Of a stretch of 64,000 bases of DNA, positions 27,030-37,100 are shown in pieces. How positions within the stretch are numbered: the first letter of the stretch is position 1; each line of letters begins with the position of its first letter. The DNA is from Actinomycetota bacterium (lineage in GTDB: Bacteria > Actinomycetota > Acidimicrobiia > IMCC26256 > PALSA-610), in assembly GCA_003134555.1 (NCBI GenBank), contig PLBO01000116.1, positions 29,950-93,949 on the forward strand, written 5' to 3'. The position numbers and the translations under genes were made by a program. A model generated the notes under the pieces. It searched no databases, was not told the origin of the DNA, and saw nothing but the letters and a program-made list of their open reading frames with translations.

Positions 27030-27590
27030 TCACGGCGCGACGAACTGGAGGTCGAGCTCGATCTTGACCTTGTCGCCGAGCATCAGCTTGTCGGCCCCGG
27101 CGATGATCCCGAAATCGATGCCGAAGTCACTGCGGCGGATCTGACCCGTTGCGGAGAACCCGGCGTGTGTGCTCTGGTCGGCCGGAAAGACTTCCGTGCC
27201 GTTGAACTCGACGTCGAGCGTCACGGGCTTCGTGATTCCGGCGATGGTCAGGTCACCGGCGAGCTCGTAGTTCTCACCCGCCCCGTTGACCGAGGTCGAG
27301 CGGAACGTCATGACCGGGTGCTGATCGGTGCCGAAGAAGTCGGTCGAACGCAGGTGCGTGTCGCGGTCGGCATTGTTCGTGTCGACCGACGAAAGGTCAA
27401 CCTCGGCGGTCACTGCGACGTCGTCGAGCGTCGGGCCGACTTCGAGAGTCGCCTCGAAGGCGTCGAAGCGGCCGCGAACGTTGCTGAGGCCGAGGTGACG
27501 CACGACGAAGGAGACGCCGGAGTGGTTCTTGTCGAGGGCCCAGCGGCCCGGGGCGAGCTGAAGTTCTGTGGTCGAACGGGGGGCGGTCAT
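27030..27590 (-). CDS. YceI family protein
   Basis: Trimmed to the ATG at 27590, with an AGGAG element 8 nt upstream. Sequence: WALDKNHSGVSFVVRHLGLSNVRGRFD...DTNNADRDTHLRSTDFF...ITKPVTLDVEF. Confidence 0.9.
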   Translation of the reverse strand: MTAPRSTTELQLAPGRWALDKNHSGVSFVVRHLGLSNVRGRFDAFEATLEVGPTLDDVAVTAEVDLSSVDTNNADRDTHLRSTDFFGTDQHPVMTFRSTSVNGAGENYELAGDLTIAGITKPVTLDVEFNGTEVFPADQSTHAGFSATGQIRRSDFGIDFGIIAGADKLMLGDKVKIELDLQFVAP

Positions 27591-27644
27591 GTTGGGGGCT
27601 CCTGGTGATGGGGGCACGCTGAGGCAGGCCAGTGGTATGCTGTT

Positions 27645-27657
27645 GTGACCTAGTCAC
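27645..27657. promoter_or_regulatory. Inverted repeat GTGAC-CTA-GTCAC followed by a further GTGACC copy; candidate HxlR operator
   Basis: Read directly in the 103-bp divergent YceI/HxlR intergenic region. Confidence 0.35.
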
Positions 27658-27693
27658 CATATGTGACCATCGCCGATCAGGGAAGAAGGCACT

Positions 27694-28110
27694 TTGGTGT
27701 TCCCCAGCCACCCCCGAGTGCCTGCGCTCCCCGACGCGGATCTCGACGAGCACTCCGGTTGCGTGGTCGTGCGGGAGATCCTCGATCGTGTCGGCGACAA
27801 GTGGAGCGTCCTCGTGATCTGCCTCTTGGGCGAGCGCAGTCACCGCTTCAGCGAGCTGAAGCGCGCCATCGAAGCCATCTCGCAACGAATGCTCACCCTG
27901 ACGCTGCGCCAGCTCGAACACGACGGGCTCGTGACGCGCACCGCGCACGCGTCCGTGCCGCCCCGCGTCGACTACGCGCTCACGCCGCTTGGCGAGTCCG
28001 TACTCGAACCCATCACCGCGCTCATGCTCTGGGCACGGGAACACGGCACCGACATTGCGCACGCCCGTCGCGAGTACGAGGAAGCACACGTCGAGGACGT
28101 CGCGAACTGA
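27694..28110 (+). CDS. HxlR family transcriptional regulator
   Basis: 138 aa with a TTG start. Sequence: CVVVREILDRVGDKWSVLVICLLGERSHRFSELKRAIEAISQRMLTLTLRQLEHDGLVTR...PPRVDYALTPLG. Confidence 0.9.
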   Translation: MVFPSHPRVPALPDADLDEHSGCVVVREILDRVGDKWSVLVICLLGERSHRFSELKRAIEAISQRMLTLTLRQLEHDGLVTRTAHASVPPRVDYALTPLGESVLEPITALMLWAREHGTDIAHARREYEEAHVEDVAN

Positions 28111-28119
28111 ATCGCAGCA

Positions 28120-28743
28120 CTACTCGACTGAACGTTCCGCGCCGGCGCGGAACGCGATGATGACCGCGACCAGACCGACGACGAGCGCGGCGGTGTCGTC
28201 CGCCCAATGCCATGACAGGACTCGTTCCGCGACGATTCCTGCGAGGACGACGAGCGCCTGAGTCGCGCCGATGGCGGAGAGGAACCCGTCGGCGCGTAGA
28301 GCTGCACTCGGAATCGCCCGAGCGATGCGGACTTTGCAGGTTGCAAGCACGGTGAGACCGACGAGCGAAACCGACGAGATCAGGATGTCGGCGAGCGCGG
28401 TCTCGGGGACGTGCCCGATCGCGAGACGCACGGCGCTGACGACAATCGTCACCGAACCGATGGTGAGAAGACCAACGGTGACGATCCGATGGGCGCGCTG
28501 CTCGAAGTGGTCGGAGAGCGCGTCGGTGCGGAGCGCGTGCCGGAAGTGATGAACCAGCGCGACCGATCCCACGAGATCGACGAAACCGACCAGTCCGAAC
28601 GCGACCAGGGCCGCGCTACCCGACCTGACGCCGAACGAGATCGCGAAGGAACTGCCGACGAACGTCCAGGCGATGCTGATCGCCGAGATGCGACGACCGG
28701 CGCGAGTTGCGGCCGGATCGAAAGGATCGGTGGACTCGGGCAC
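28120..28743 (-). CDS. Cation-efflux (CDF)-like membrane protein, transmembrane domain only
   Basis: 207 aa with 5-6 TM segments. Sequence: SAALVAFGLVGFVDLVGSVALVHHF...ALRADGFLSAIGATQALVVL. The family call is tentative. Confidence 0.55.
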   Translation of the reverse strand: MPESTDPFDPAATRAGRRISAISIAWTFVGSSFAISFGVRSGSAALVAFGLVGFVDLVGSVALVHHFRHALRTDALSDHFEQRAHRIVTVGLLTIGSVTIVVSAVRLAIGHVPETALADILISSVSLVGLTVLATCKVRIARAIPSAALRADGFLSAIGATQALVVLAGIVAERVLSWHWADDTAALVVGLVAVIIAFRAGAERSVE

Positions 28744-28795
28744 GAAGCCTCCGGGGTCGACGAACAGATGCCGACCAGGCTTCCCGGCTCACCTG

Positions 28796-29011
28796 CTAGG
28801 GATCGTAGCGAACCATCAGGTAACGCCGAAACGCGACGATCGACCAGATCCCTTCGACAACGCCGAACGGCCACGCGCCACTCAAGAAACCGTACGAGCT
28901 CGAAAGCGCGCACCCGGACGCGAAGGCGAGAACGAATCGCGGGCCGCGGCCCTCGAGCGCGTACATGACCATCATGAAGGTGATGACGACGACGCCATAC
29001 AGGGTCAACAC
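28796..29011 (-). CDS. Possible small membrane protein (71 aa)
   Basis: Only the last 71 codons of track ORF 28796..29482 look coding: (V)LTLYGVVVITFMMVMYALEGRGPRFVLAFASGCALSSSYGFLSGAWPFGVVEGIWSIVAFRRY. The start is GTG 29011 or TTG 29008. The upstream part of the track ORF is a shadow of the plus-strand thioesterase gene. Confidence 0.35.
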   Translation of the reverse strand: MLTLYGVVVITFMMVMYALEGRGPRFVLAFASGCALSSSYGFLSGAWPFGVVEGIWSIVAFRRYLMVRYDP

Positions 29012-29101
29012 GGAACGCCGCCGACATTCATTGCCGTACGCTACCGACGACGGCGCGGCTCCTTCTCGGACGTCGCGCGACCTGGGCACGGAGGTCGATC
29101 T

Positions 29102-29515
29102 TTGACCGGTACCGACGCGCGAACGACACCCGGCGAACCGAGCGCGTTCATGCGCGCGGCCGGCCTTCACCTCGACGAAGTCGGACCGACCGAGGTGACG
29201 GGTTGGATCGATCTCGGCCCCGAACACCACCAACCCTGGGGGCTCGTGCACGGCGGCATCTACACGACGGCAATCGAGAGCGCGGCGAGCGTGGGCGCCT
29301 CCACGGCCGCCGCGGAATACGGCCTCGCGGCGGTCGGTGTGAACAACAACACGAACTTCCTGCGCTCGATGGTCGCGGGACGCGTCGAAGTACGCGCGGC
29401 CGCGATCCAACAAGGTCGCACTGCACAACTCTGGGAAGTTCGCATCACCGACAGCGACAACCGGCTCGTCGCCATCGGGCAAGTGCGTCTGCAGAACGTC
29501 ACACCCCGGACGTGA
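29102..29515 (+). CDS. PaaI-family hot-dog thioesterase
   Basis: This is the C-terminal part of ORF 28673..29515. The TTG at 29102 lies 7 nt after GGAGG; ATG 29150 is an alternative. Sequence: HQPWGLVHGGIYTTAIESAASVGA...GRTAQLWEVRITD. Confidence 0.75.
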   Translation: MTGTDARTTPGEPSAFMRAAGLHLDEVGPTEVTGWIDLGPEHHQPWGLVHGGIYTTAIESAASVGASTAAAEYGLAAVGVNNNTNFLRSMVAGRVEVRAAAIQQGRTAQLWEVRITDSDNRLVAIGQVRLQNVTPRT

Positions 29516-29915
29516 TCGCGCGCTGATCGCGCACGATCAAGAGGCCGACGACGCCCATGGCGAGGGCTCCGACGATCTCGATGACAACCACCGTCCACGA
29601 AAGCGCGGTAACGCCGGTGTTGTGCGCACCAACGAAGGCGTCGCTGAACGCGCTCCACCGCGGCAAGAGATGCACGGCCGCGACACCGAGGGCGACGGGA
29701 ATGCCCGTCAGCGCCGCGAGCAACGGGCCGAAGCGATGCCCGACGATCACGAGTACCGCCGCCGTGATCCCCACGACCGTCGACAGGTTGCCGGCCCACT
29801 GCACCTGCGGCGTCAACACGTCGAGGCCGCGCCGCAGGTGGTCGGCGGTATGCAGCGCCAGGCCGAGTGCGTAGAAGAGCGCGAAGTACTTCAGCCACCG
29901 GTGCTCGTCAGCCAT
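29499..29915 (-). CDS. Hypothetical integral membrane protein (4 TM)
   Basis: 138 aa: MADEHRWLKYFALFYALGLALHTADHLRRG... It is divergent from the TetR gene. Confidence 0.6.
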   Translation of the reverse strand: MADEHRWLKYFALFYALGLALHTADHLRRGLDVLTPQVQWAGNLSTVVGITAAVLVIVGHRFGPLLAALTGIPVALGVAAVHLLPRWSAFSDAFVGAHNTGVTALSWTVVVIEIVGALAMGVVGLLIVRDQRAITSGV

Positions 29916-29945
29916 GACTCCTCCTGTCTTGCCTGGTCAGAGAAA

Positions 29946-29963
29946 CTAGATAGATCGCTCTAG
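29946..29963. promoter_or_regulatory. Imperfect 18-bp palindrome CTAGATAGATCGCTCTAG; candidate TetR operator
   Basis: Read directly. 14 of 18 positions are self-complementary. It lies 19 nt upstream of the TetR ATG at 29982. Confidence 0.35.
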
Positions 29964-29981
29964 CTGGTAGCGTATTCTGCC

Positions 29982-30572
29982 ATGGCGGCGAACCTCAAAC
30001 CCGGGACCACCAAAGCTCGGATCCTCGACACGACGGCCGAGCTGTTCATGCGCTACGGCTACACGGGCACCGGGCTCAAGCAGATCGTCGCCGACGCCAA
30101 CGCCCCGTTCGGCTCGCTGTATCACCACTTCCCCGGAGGCAAGCAAGAGCTCGGCGTCGAGGTGATCCACCGGTCGGGCGCGATGTACCTGGAGCTCGTG
30201 CTGGGGGTCTTCGACGCCGCGCCCGACATCGTGACCGGTGTGCACGATTGCTTCGCCGGAGCAGCTGAGGTGCTGCGCGCAACCGACTACGCCGACGCCT
30301 GCCCGATCGAGACCGTCGCGCTCGAAGTGGCGAGCACCAACGAGCCGCTGCGCGAAGCGACCGCGGAGGTATTCGAGAGCTGGATCGAAGGCGCGACCGA
30401 AAAGTTCCGCGCCGCGGGCATCGACGATTCAACCGCTCGAGAACTTTCGATCTCGGTCATCGCGTTACTCGAAGGCGCGTTCGTTCTTGCCCGTGCGTCG
30501 CGTGCGACGGAAGCGCTCGACGCGGCCGGAAAAACGGCTGCCGCCGCCGTCGAAGCGGCATTGCGCCGGTAG
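29982..30572 (+). CDS. TetR/AcrR family transcriptional regulator
   Basis: 196 aa: TKARILDTTAELFMRYGYTGTGLKQIVADANAPFGSLYHHFPGGKQEL. Confidence 0.9.
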   Translation: MAANLKPGTTKARILDTTAELFMRYGYTGTGLKQIVADANAPFGSLYHHFPGGKQELGVEVIHRSGAMYLELVLGVFDAAPDIVTGVHDCFAGAAEVLRATDYADACPIETVALEVASTNEPLREATAEVFESWIEGATEKFRAAGIDDSTARELSISVIALLEGAFVLARASRATEALDAAGKTAAAAVEAALRR

Positions 30573-30583
30573 CCTCCAACTCC

Positions 30584-31135
30584 ATGGAACTTCTCGACGC
30601 GCTCTCGCAAACCTTCGACCACGCCGCCAAAATCGTCTCCGGCGTGCAGACCGACCAGCTCGGAGAGACCACTCCGTGCCGTGAGTGGGATGTGCGGACG
30701 CTCGTTGCGCACACCATGGGCGTGATCGTGAACATGGGCCGCGGAGCGAGAGGCGAACAGCTCCTCGAACGCGCGTCGCTCCCCCTCGACGCCGACTTCG
30801 GTGCGCAATTCCGCGCCGAAACCGATCGCACGCTCGCCGCGTGGACCGCTCATGGTCTCGAGGGCGACGTCAATGTCGGCGCCGGACCGATGCCCGCGCG
30901 AGCCGCCATCAGCATCAACCTCGTCGACAGCACGACACACACGTGGGACATCGCCCGCGCCACCGGGCAGGACGAGCGCCTTCCCGACGAGCTCGCCGCA
31001 ACAGTGCTCGAGGTCGGACGGGGTTTCGTCAGCGACGACCTCCGCAAGGTCGTCGGATTCGATCCGCCGCGGCCCGTCGGCCCCGACGCGAGCCCGACCG
31101 AACAGCTCGTCGCTTTCCTCGGCCGTCAGCCCTGA
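30584..31135 (+). CDS. DinB/MDMPI-N (TIGR03086-like) family protein
   Basis: 183 aa: ...TPCREWDVRTLVAHTMGVI...NLVDSTTHTWDIARATG... Confidence 0.7.
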   Translation: MELLDALSQTFDHAAKIVSGVQTDQLGETTPCREWDVRTLVAHTMGVIVNMGRGARGEQLLERASLPLDADFGAQFRAETDRTLAAWTAHGLEGDVNVGAGPMPARAAISINLVDSTTHTWDIARATGQDERLPDELAATVLEVGRGFVSDDLRKVVGFDPPRPVGPDASPTEQLVAFLGRQP

Positions 31136-31177
31136 TCGACCTCGTCACCTAGGCTGCATCGGCGGCAAGTCCCGCAC

Positions 31178-31248
31178 GCGGGTGTAGCTCAATGGCAGAG
31201 CCCCAGCCTTCCAAGCTGGCCATGCCGGTTCGATCCCGGTCACCCGCT
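31178..31248 (+). tRNA. tRNA-Gly (anticodon UCC)
   Basis: Folded by hand. Acceptor stem gcgggtg/cacccgc, D-arm gctc-aatggca-gagc, anticodon stem ccagc/gctgg with loop cTTCCaa, and T-loop ttcgatc. Confidence 0.9.
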
Positions 31249-31261
31249 CTCCGCTCGTTCG

Positions 31262-33256
31262 CTATTTGAACGAGAAGCGCGCCCTGAGGGTGGAACCGTC
31301 GCGGAATCGCACTACGAGGTCGCGACAACCGACCCAGGCTTTGTCCGTTTTCCAGACGTATTGGTAGCGAGCGGATCCGGCGTCGTAACTCAGCGAGGAA
31401 GCGCCCGCCGTAGTCGTCTGCTCGATCGCGTCCGAAGGTCCGGAACCACAAGCGACGAGTACCGACGACGGCGAACCGGCCACGAGAACGTTCAGGCCAC
31501 GGTTACCGCCGAGACCGAACTTGACCGGCACCGCAGAACCGGCCTTCACAGTGTTGATCGTCGGCAGGTTGTCGACCGGCGCGAAGAAGCCACTGGGCGT
31601 GTAGGCGAACCGTCCGACACTCCAGGTACTGAAGTGCGTCGTACGCACCGTCACGAACGCATCACCCGCGCCACCCGACACGAGTCCGCGCGCCGCGACA
31701 CAGGGATCGGGAATCGCCTGGCTCGCATCAGTGCAATCCGCGACGGGCACGCCGTTGCGGAAGACCTGCACATCGGCCGGAGCGATCCCACCCAACGCGC
31801 TCGCGTCGATGGAGAACGTCGCGATGTAGGGCGCGGCCGGACCAGTGGCCGGCGGCGCGACGATCACGACCTGCTTGCCGAAGAACGCGAACCCGGCCGG
31901 CGGAGCCGTCGGATCCTGAGGAGTGATCGACAACTCGCCGTTCACTCCCGCGGGCACGACGACACGCGTCTGCACCGGCACCGCCGGCGTGGGTCCGACG
32001 CCACCCGTGTCGGTATCGACGACGTCGCCACCCGTCACGACCTGGTCCGCACTACCCGGAACCGCGGGGCCGACATGCCACACCGCGGCGTGGTTCTCCC
32101 CGCTCGCGGTCTGAGCCTCGCCGACGGCCAGGCCCGAGGCATTCACGGCGCTCGCGTCGCTGCGGTTACCGCCGAGCGTGCCGAGATCGACCATCCCATC
32201 CGACTGCGTCCACGCGAACGCGTGTTCCACGCTGAAGTCCGCCGTCGTGTAGCCGGCCCCGACGACGACGCCCGAGTCATTGATGGCAAAAGCAACGGTA
32301 TATGGCCCGCCGAGGCTGCCGAGATCGACCATCCCACCGGCTTGCGTCCACAGGAACGCGTCGGATGGCGAATCACCCGTAGTCGCACTCGTGCCGGCGA
32401 CCTGGCCCGCCCCGTTTACTGCCTGCGCGTAGGAGCTGTTGCCGCCGAGCGTTCCGAGATCGACCATGCCTCCCGCCTGCGTCCACGAGAAGGCGTGATT
32501 CACCGTCCCGCCGAAGAGATAACCGACGACCTGGCCCGAGTCGTTCACCGCAAACGCCTGGCTCGAGGGGTTGCCGAGTGTCCCGAGGTCTTGCTTCCCG
32601 CCCGACTGCGTCCACAAGTACGCGTGGTATTGGGAGTAGTTCACCAGGGTGCTGGTGCCGGCGACCTGACCAGACGCATTCACATCCTGCGCTTCGCCGA
32701 AGCTTCCCCCGAATGAACCGAGGTCGACCATTCCACCCGACTGGGTCCACGAGAACCCGTGCGATGCACCATCCCCGGCGAGGTTGCTCGAGCCGACGAC
32801 CTGGCCCGCGTCGTTCACTGCTTGCGCGTAGTCCGAGCTACCACCGAGCGTGCCGAGATCGACCATCCCACCCGCCTGCGTCCACGAGAACGCGTGATTC
32901 GCGCGAGACGCCGAATATGTGCTCCCGCCGACCACTTGGCCCGAGGCGTTCACCGCGTTCGCGTAGCTGTTGTTGCCGGCCAGCACTCCGAGATCGACCA
33001 TCCCGCCTGCCTGCGTCCACGAGAACGCATGCCACTCCGCGTCGCCCGCGATCGTGCTCGTGCCAACCACCTGGCCCGCGTCGTTCACCGCAAGCGCGCG
33101 GCTATACGTCCCGCCCAGCGTGCCGATATCCGTCGGCCCGCTCAGCGCCGCCGACGGCGCGACGTGCGACGTCGACACACTGGCCAGCATCACCAGGATT
33201 GCGATCGGAACGCGGCATCGCACCGCGCGCTTCGTCAACCGTGAAAACCTGAACAT
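31262..33256 (-). CDS. Secreted HAF-family extracellular-repeat protein with a C-terminal PxKF-type domain
   Basis: 664 aa with a signal-peptide-like start (MFRFSRLTKRAVRCRVPIAILVMLASVSTS). It carries 8 repeats of about 45 aa (GMVDLGTLGG..S.A.AVN..GQVVG.S......HAFSWTQAG). The C-terminal part is GFFAPVDNLPTINTVKAGSAVPVKFGLGG. Confidence 0.85.
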   Translation of the reverse strand: MFRFSRLTKRAVRCRVPIAILVMLASVSTSHVAPSAALSGPTDIGTLGGTYSRALAVNDAGQVVGTSTIAGDAEWHAFSWTQAGGMVDLGVLAGNNSYANAVNASGQVVGGSTYSASRANHAFSWTQAGGMVDLGTLGGSSDYAQAVNDAGQVVGSSNLAGDGASHGFSWTQSGGMVDLGSFGGSFGEAQDVNASGQVAGTSTLVNYSQYHAYLWTQSGGKQDLGTLGNPSSQAFAVNDSGQVVGYLFGGTVNHAFSWTQAGGMVDLGTLGGNSSYAQAVNGAGQVAGTSATTGDSPSDAFLWTQAGGMVDLGSLGGPYTVAFAINDSGVVVGAGYTTADFSVEHAFAWTQSDGMVDLGTLGGNRSDASAVNASGLAVGEAQTASGENHAAVWHVGPAVPGSADQVVTGGDVVDTDTGGVGPTPAVPVQTRVVVPAGVNGELSITPQDPTAPPAGFAFFGKQVVIVAPPATGPAAPYIATFSIDASALGGIAPADVQVFRNGVPVADCTDASQAIPDPCVAARGLVSGGAGDAFVTVRTTHFSTWSVGRFAYTPSGFFAPVDNLPTINTVKAGSAVPVKFGLGGNRGLNVLVAGSPSSVLVACGSGPSDAIEQTTTAGASSLSYDAGSARYQYVWKTDKAWVGCRDLVVRFRDGSTLRARFSFK
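32072..33142. repeat. Eight tandem coding repeats with a period near 135 bp (129-138 bp), inside the HAF-repeat gene
   Basis: The core ccgagatcgaccat..ctgcgtccacgagaacgcgtg recurs at about 32181, 32319, 32454, 32582, 32718, 32853 and 32988, with a degenerate copy near 33123. Confidence 0.85.
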
Positions 33257-33366
33257 CCGGTGCCCCCGCCCGTCGCCCCGCTCCGCCGCCCCGCCGAATC
33301 AGGAGGCCTACGAGTGTCCCAGCAGGTCGGCGCAGTAGTCAACGCCCGCCGGAGGGTCGGTCCGGC

Positions 33367-33948
33367 TCAGCGGGGCTCGGGGCGGTCGAGACTCCAGTGG
33401 CGGGACTGGGAAACCAGCCAACCGTCGGCGGAATCCGGGATCAGCACGAAACGGCTGATCGTTCTCTGGCCGCCTTCGAAGTCGCCGTACAGGAGATCGA
33501 TCGTGATCCGCTGCCGCGCCTCGATCGCCTTACGGGTCGACGCGAAGACGGGATCGGACGAGTCCCGCAACGCGCCCTGCCAGAAGCCGCGATCAGACGG
33601 GGGCACGTAAAGATCACGAGTCAGGCGCCGGAACTCGTCCGGGTCTTCGTGGTCGGCGCCGCCCGGCACGCCCCCGGGGAACAGCCACCAGCGATCAAGG
33701 ACGGCGATCCCACTCCCGACGTTTCGCAGCGACATCGCGAGATAGATGGCCTCGTCGGTGACCTCGGTGATCGCCCGGCCACCGGGAACGCGTATCCAGT
33801 GGTCGTCCTGGAAACCGACCTTCTCGGGCGGATCCTCCAGCCGCGACGGGACGAGGAGGGGTCGCAAGCCGGAGTACAACGACCGCTCGGCGGCGCGAGC
33901 GGCACGGTTGGCCGACCGCACGGATCCGAAGGTCGCCACCGCCAGCAC
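33367..33948 (-). CDS. Hypothetical protein (193 aa), no recognised family
   Basis: GTG start with typical high-GC3 codon usage. Sequence: ...HWIRVPGGRAITEVTDEAIYLAMSLRNVGSGIAVLDRWWLFPGG... The N-terminus is uncertain (see findings). Confidence 0.55.
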   Translation of the reverse strand: MLAVATFGSVRSANRAARAAERSLYSGLRPLLVPSRLEDPPEKVGFQDDHWIRVPGGRAITEVTDEAIYLAMSLRNVGSGIAVLDRWWLFPGGVPGGADHEDPDEFRRLTRDLYVPPSDRGFWQGALRDSSDPVFASTRKAIEARQRITIDLLYGDFEGGQRTISRFVLIPDSADGWLVSQSRHWSLDRPEPR

Positions 33949-34137
33949 CAGCGTACCCCCCGCGCGCAGAGCGACGCGATCGTCGGCCAGTCGGACACGG
34001 CCGAACGCTAACCGCGGGCGACATCAGGTGTCCTCGGCGCCCAGTCGCCGATCTCTCGGGCCGGTTCGCGGTGTTCACGGATGCGGAGCAGACCGTTTAC
34101 GCGGCAGGCTGTGTGCACGCCGCCAGGGGAGCGCGCA

Positions 34138-37100
34138 ATGTCACACACCGCCGATCGCGACGTCCAACTCGATCAGACGTCGGTCGTGACGATCCTGTTC
34201 ACCGACCTCGTCGCGTCGACCGAGACGATGGAGCGCGTCGGCGACGAGCGCGCCGAAGAGCTGCGGCGCGCGCATTTCCGCCTCGTCCGCGACGCAGCAG
34301 CTTCGCACGGCGGTCGGACCGTCAAGTCGTTGGGCGACGGCCTGATGATCGTGTTCGCCAGCGCCGTCGAGGCCGTCCTCGCGGCCGGCGCGATCCAGGC
34401 GGCCGTAGCGACAACGCTCGACGACGACCCCCGGGCCGACGGCCGGGTACGCGTCGGCCTGCACGTGGGCGAACCAATCCGCGACGAAGGCGACTACTTC
34501 GGCCGGCCCGTGGTACTCGCGCGCCGGCTCTGTGACGCGGCCGGGCCCGGACAGATCCTCGCGTCCGACCTCGTCCGCAATCTGGTCAAGGGTCGCAGCG
34601 AGATCGAATTCCGCCCGCTCGGCCGCCGCACTTTGAAAGGCCTCGGAGAACCCGTCGACGTCTACGAGGTGGCTTGGGAAAAGCGCGCGTCCGTTCCATC
34701 GGCCGCGACACAACTCGATCCCCGCAGCCTCGACCTCGTCGGCCGCGCCACGGAGATGGCGGAACTCGAGATGGAGTACGCGCGTGCCGAAGCCGGCGAG
34801 CTGCGCGCAGTACTGCTCCTCGGCGAAGGTGGATTGGGCAAGACGCGCCTCGCCGGCGAGCTCGTCCGTCGCCGCCAGAACAGCGCCGTCTGCCTCTCGG
34901 CGCGCGCCTACCCGCTCGGCGCGACCGCGTCGCTCGGCTTGTGGGTCGAGGCGCTCGAGCAACACCTCCGCTCGCTCGAGCCCGCCGCGGTCGCCGAGCT
35001 CTGCGGGCCCAACGCCGAAGATCTCGCCGCGCTGTTGCCGAGTGTCGCGGCGGCGACGAACCCGTCGCTGCCGATCGCGCCACCGCCGCTGGTGCGCCAA
35101 CTCGCCGCCCTCGCGAATCTCTTGGCCCGTCTTTCGGCGGCGACCCCCGTCGTGATCATCCTCGACGACGTCCACCTCGCCGACGGGTCGTCGTGGGAGG
35201 CGCTCAACTACCTGACCCGCAACCTCGCCGATCGACGGATCCTGATCGTGCTCGCGGCACGACCGGTCGAGCTCGCCGAGAGTCCGGTGGGCAGCGAGGT
35301 GTTGCTCGCGCTCGAACAAGAGGGCGTGCTGCGACGGTTCCCAATTGAGGCGCTGCGGCGCGACGACGTCGCGCGCCTTGCGCAACGCTTCGTCGACGCC
35401 GCCGCGGTCGGACCGCGCCTCGTCGACTGGCTCATGGAACGGTCGCAGGGCAGTCCGCTGTACGCCATCGGGCTCCTGCGCGCGCTGCTCGACGAAGGCG
35501 CCGACCTCAGCGATCCGCGGCTGCAGTCACTCCCCGAAGATCTCGCCGAACGGGTCACGGCCCGGCTCAAGGTGCTCGGACCGGTCGAACGGGCGACGCT
35601 CGAGCTCGTCGCGGTGCTCGGGTATCGCGTGGAGTTGAGCGACCTCGAGCACATCTCCGATCGTGATCTCGATTCGCTGGGCGACGCGTTGCGAGAGCTC
35701 GTACGCCTGCGATTCGTTCACGAGGAAGACCTCGGACGCGAGGTGCTCTACGAGATCGTCCACCCGCTGTTCCAAGAGGCGATCTACGCCGGGATCGGAG
35801 CCGCACGACGCCGCGCACTGCACCGCCACGCGGCGCGTTCGCTCGTGCAGTCGGGCCGTCTCGGCGCGGCCGCGCAACACTTCGTGCGCTCGTCGAGCAG
35901 CGGTGATCCCGAGGCGGTCGACGCGCTGCGCGGCGCGCTACGCCAGGCGGAAGCGCTCGAGCACCATCGCGAATCGATCGGCTTGCTCTCGGCCCTGTTG
36001 GAGATGCTGCCGCAGGGCGACCGGCGCTGGCTCGACGTTTTCGATGCACTCGACTGGCAAGCCGAGTGGGTCGTCGAGCACCGGCTCGACGCGGGCCTCG
36101 AGATCGCCATCCGCGCCATGCGCGCGATCGAGCAGCTCGCCGAGGCATCCGACGACCGCGTGCGACGCGCCGCGGTGAAGATTCATCTCGCGAGTTTCCT
36201 CGCCTGGGGCCGCGCCGACACCGACGCCGCGATCGCGCTCGTCACCGAGGCGCAAGCATTGTTCGAATCGGCGGGCGAGTCGCGACGCGCGTTGCTCGCC
36301 GCGAACGAGATGGGTTACCTCCGCTCGATCGCCGGTGACCTCGGCGCGCACGAACGCATCGCTCGCCAAGTGCTGGCCGACGCCGAAGCGCTCGACGACG
36401 GGCCCGTGATGTTGCAGGCAATCTGCTCGCTCAACTGGGCGTTGCAACTCTCCGGCCGGTTGTCGGAATCGTTGGAGCTCATGCAGCGCGGGCTCGCGTT
36501 GGCGCGCCGGGAAGGCCGTCCGTATCGCATCACGTACTTGCTCGCGCAGCAGGGCTACGCGCTCGCGCTGCTCGGACGGATCCCCGAGGCCCGTACGGCG
36601 CTCGCGGATGCGGTCGCCGCCAACGCCGCGTACCTCGACACGCTGCTTCCCGACTTCGCCGCCACGATCCACTGGCTCGCCGGCGACTTGCACGACGCGG
36701 TCGCGGCGATGCGGCAGTCGGTGGGCATGGGCGCGACCGAGACGAGCCAGCGCCGGATGATGGGAGTTGCGGTTGCCGCGATGGCCGCCGGCGAAGTCGG
36801 CGACACGGTGCAGATGAACCTGCTGTACGAGCTCCTGGCCGCGACGAGGCGCGGCGACTGGTGGGTGCACGGCGACCAGGCCACCTGGGCCTTCGGGATG
36901 CGCGAGTGGGGTCGTCACGATCTCGCCGCCGCGACGGGGTACCTCACCAGCGCAATCCACCGCCTGGTCGACACCGGCGGCGGTTTGTACGCGCGTATTG
37001 CGGCGTTCGACCTGGCCGAGGTCGCCCTCGAGGCTTCCGACGAGAAAGCCGCGGCGACAGTCGACGAGTCACTCGATCGTTTGGGCGACGCCGACGGCGC

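Noticed and set aside
32072-33142. Regular 135-bp repeats considered as a CRISPR array or satellite
   Set aside because: The repeats are contiguous, with no unique spacers. They are in frame and encode the 45-aa HAF protein repeat. No cas genes are present.
31178-33366. Genomic island integrated at tRNA-Gly (and likewise at tRNA-Pro, 6503-6574)
   Set aside because: I could not find an integrase, a recombinase or a direct repeat of the tRNA 3' end downstream. The GC content and codon usage of the adjacent HAF gene look native.
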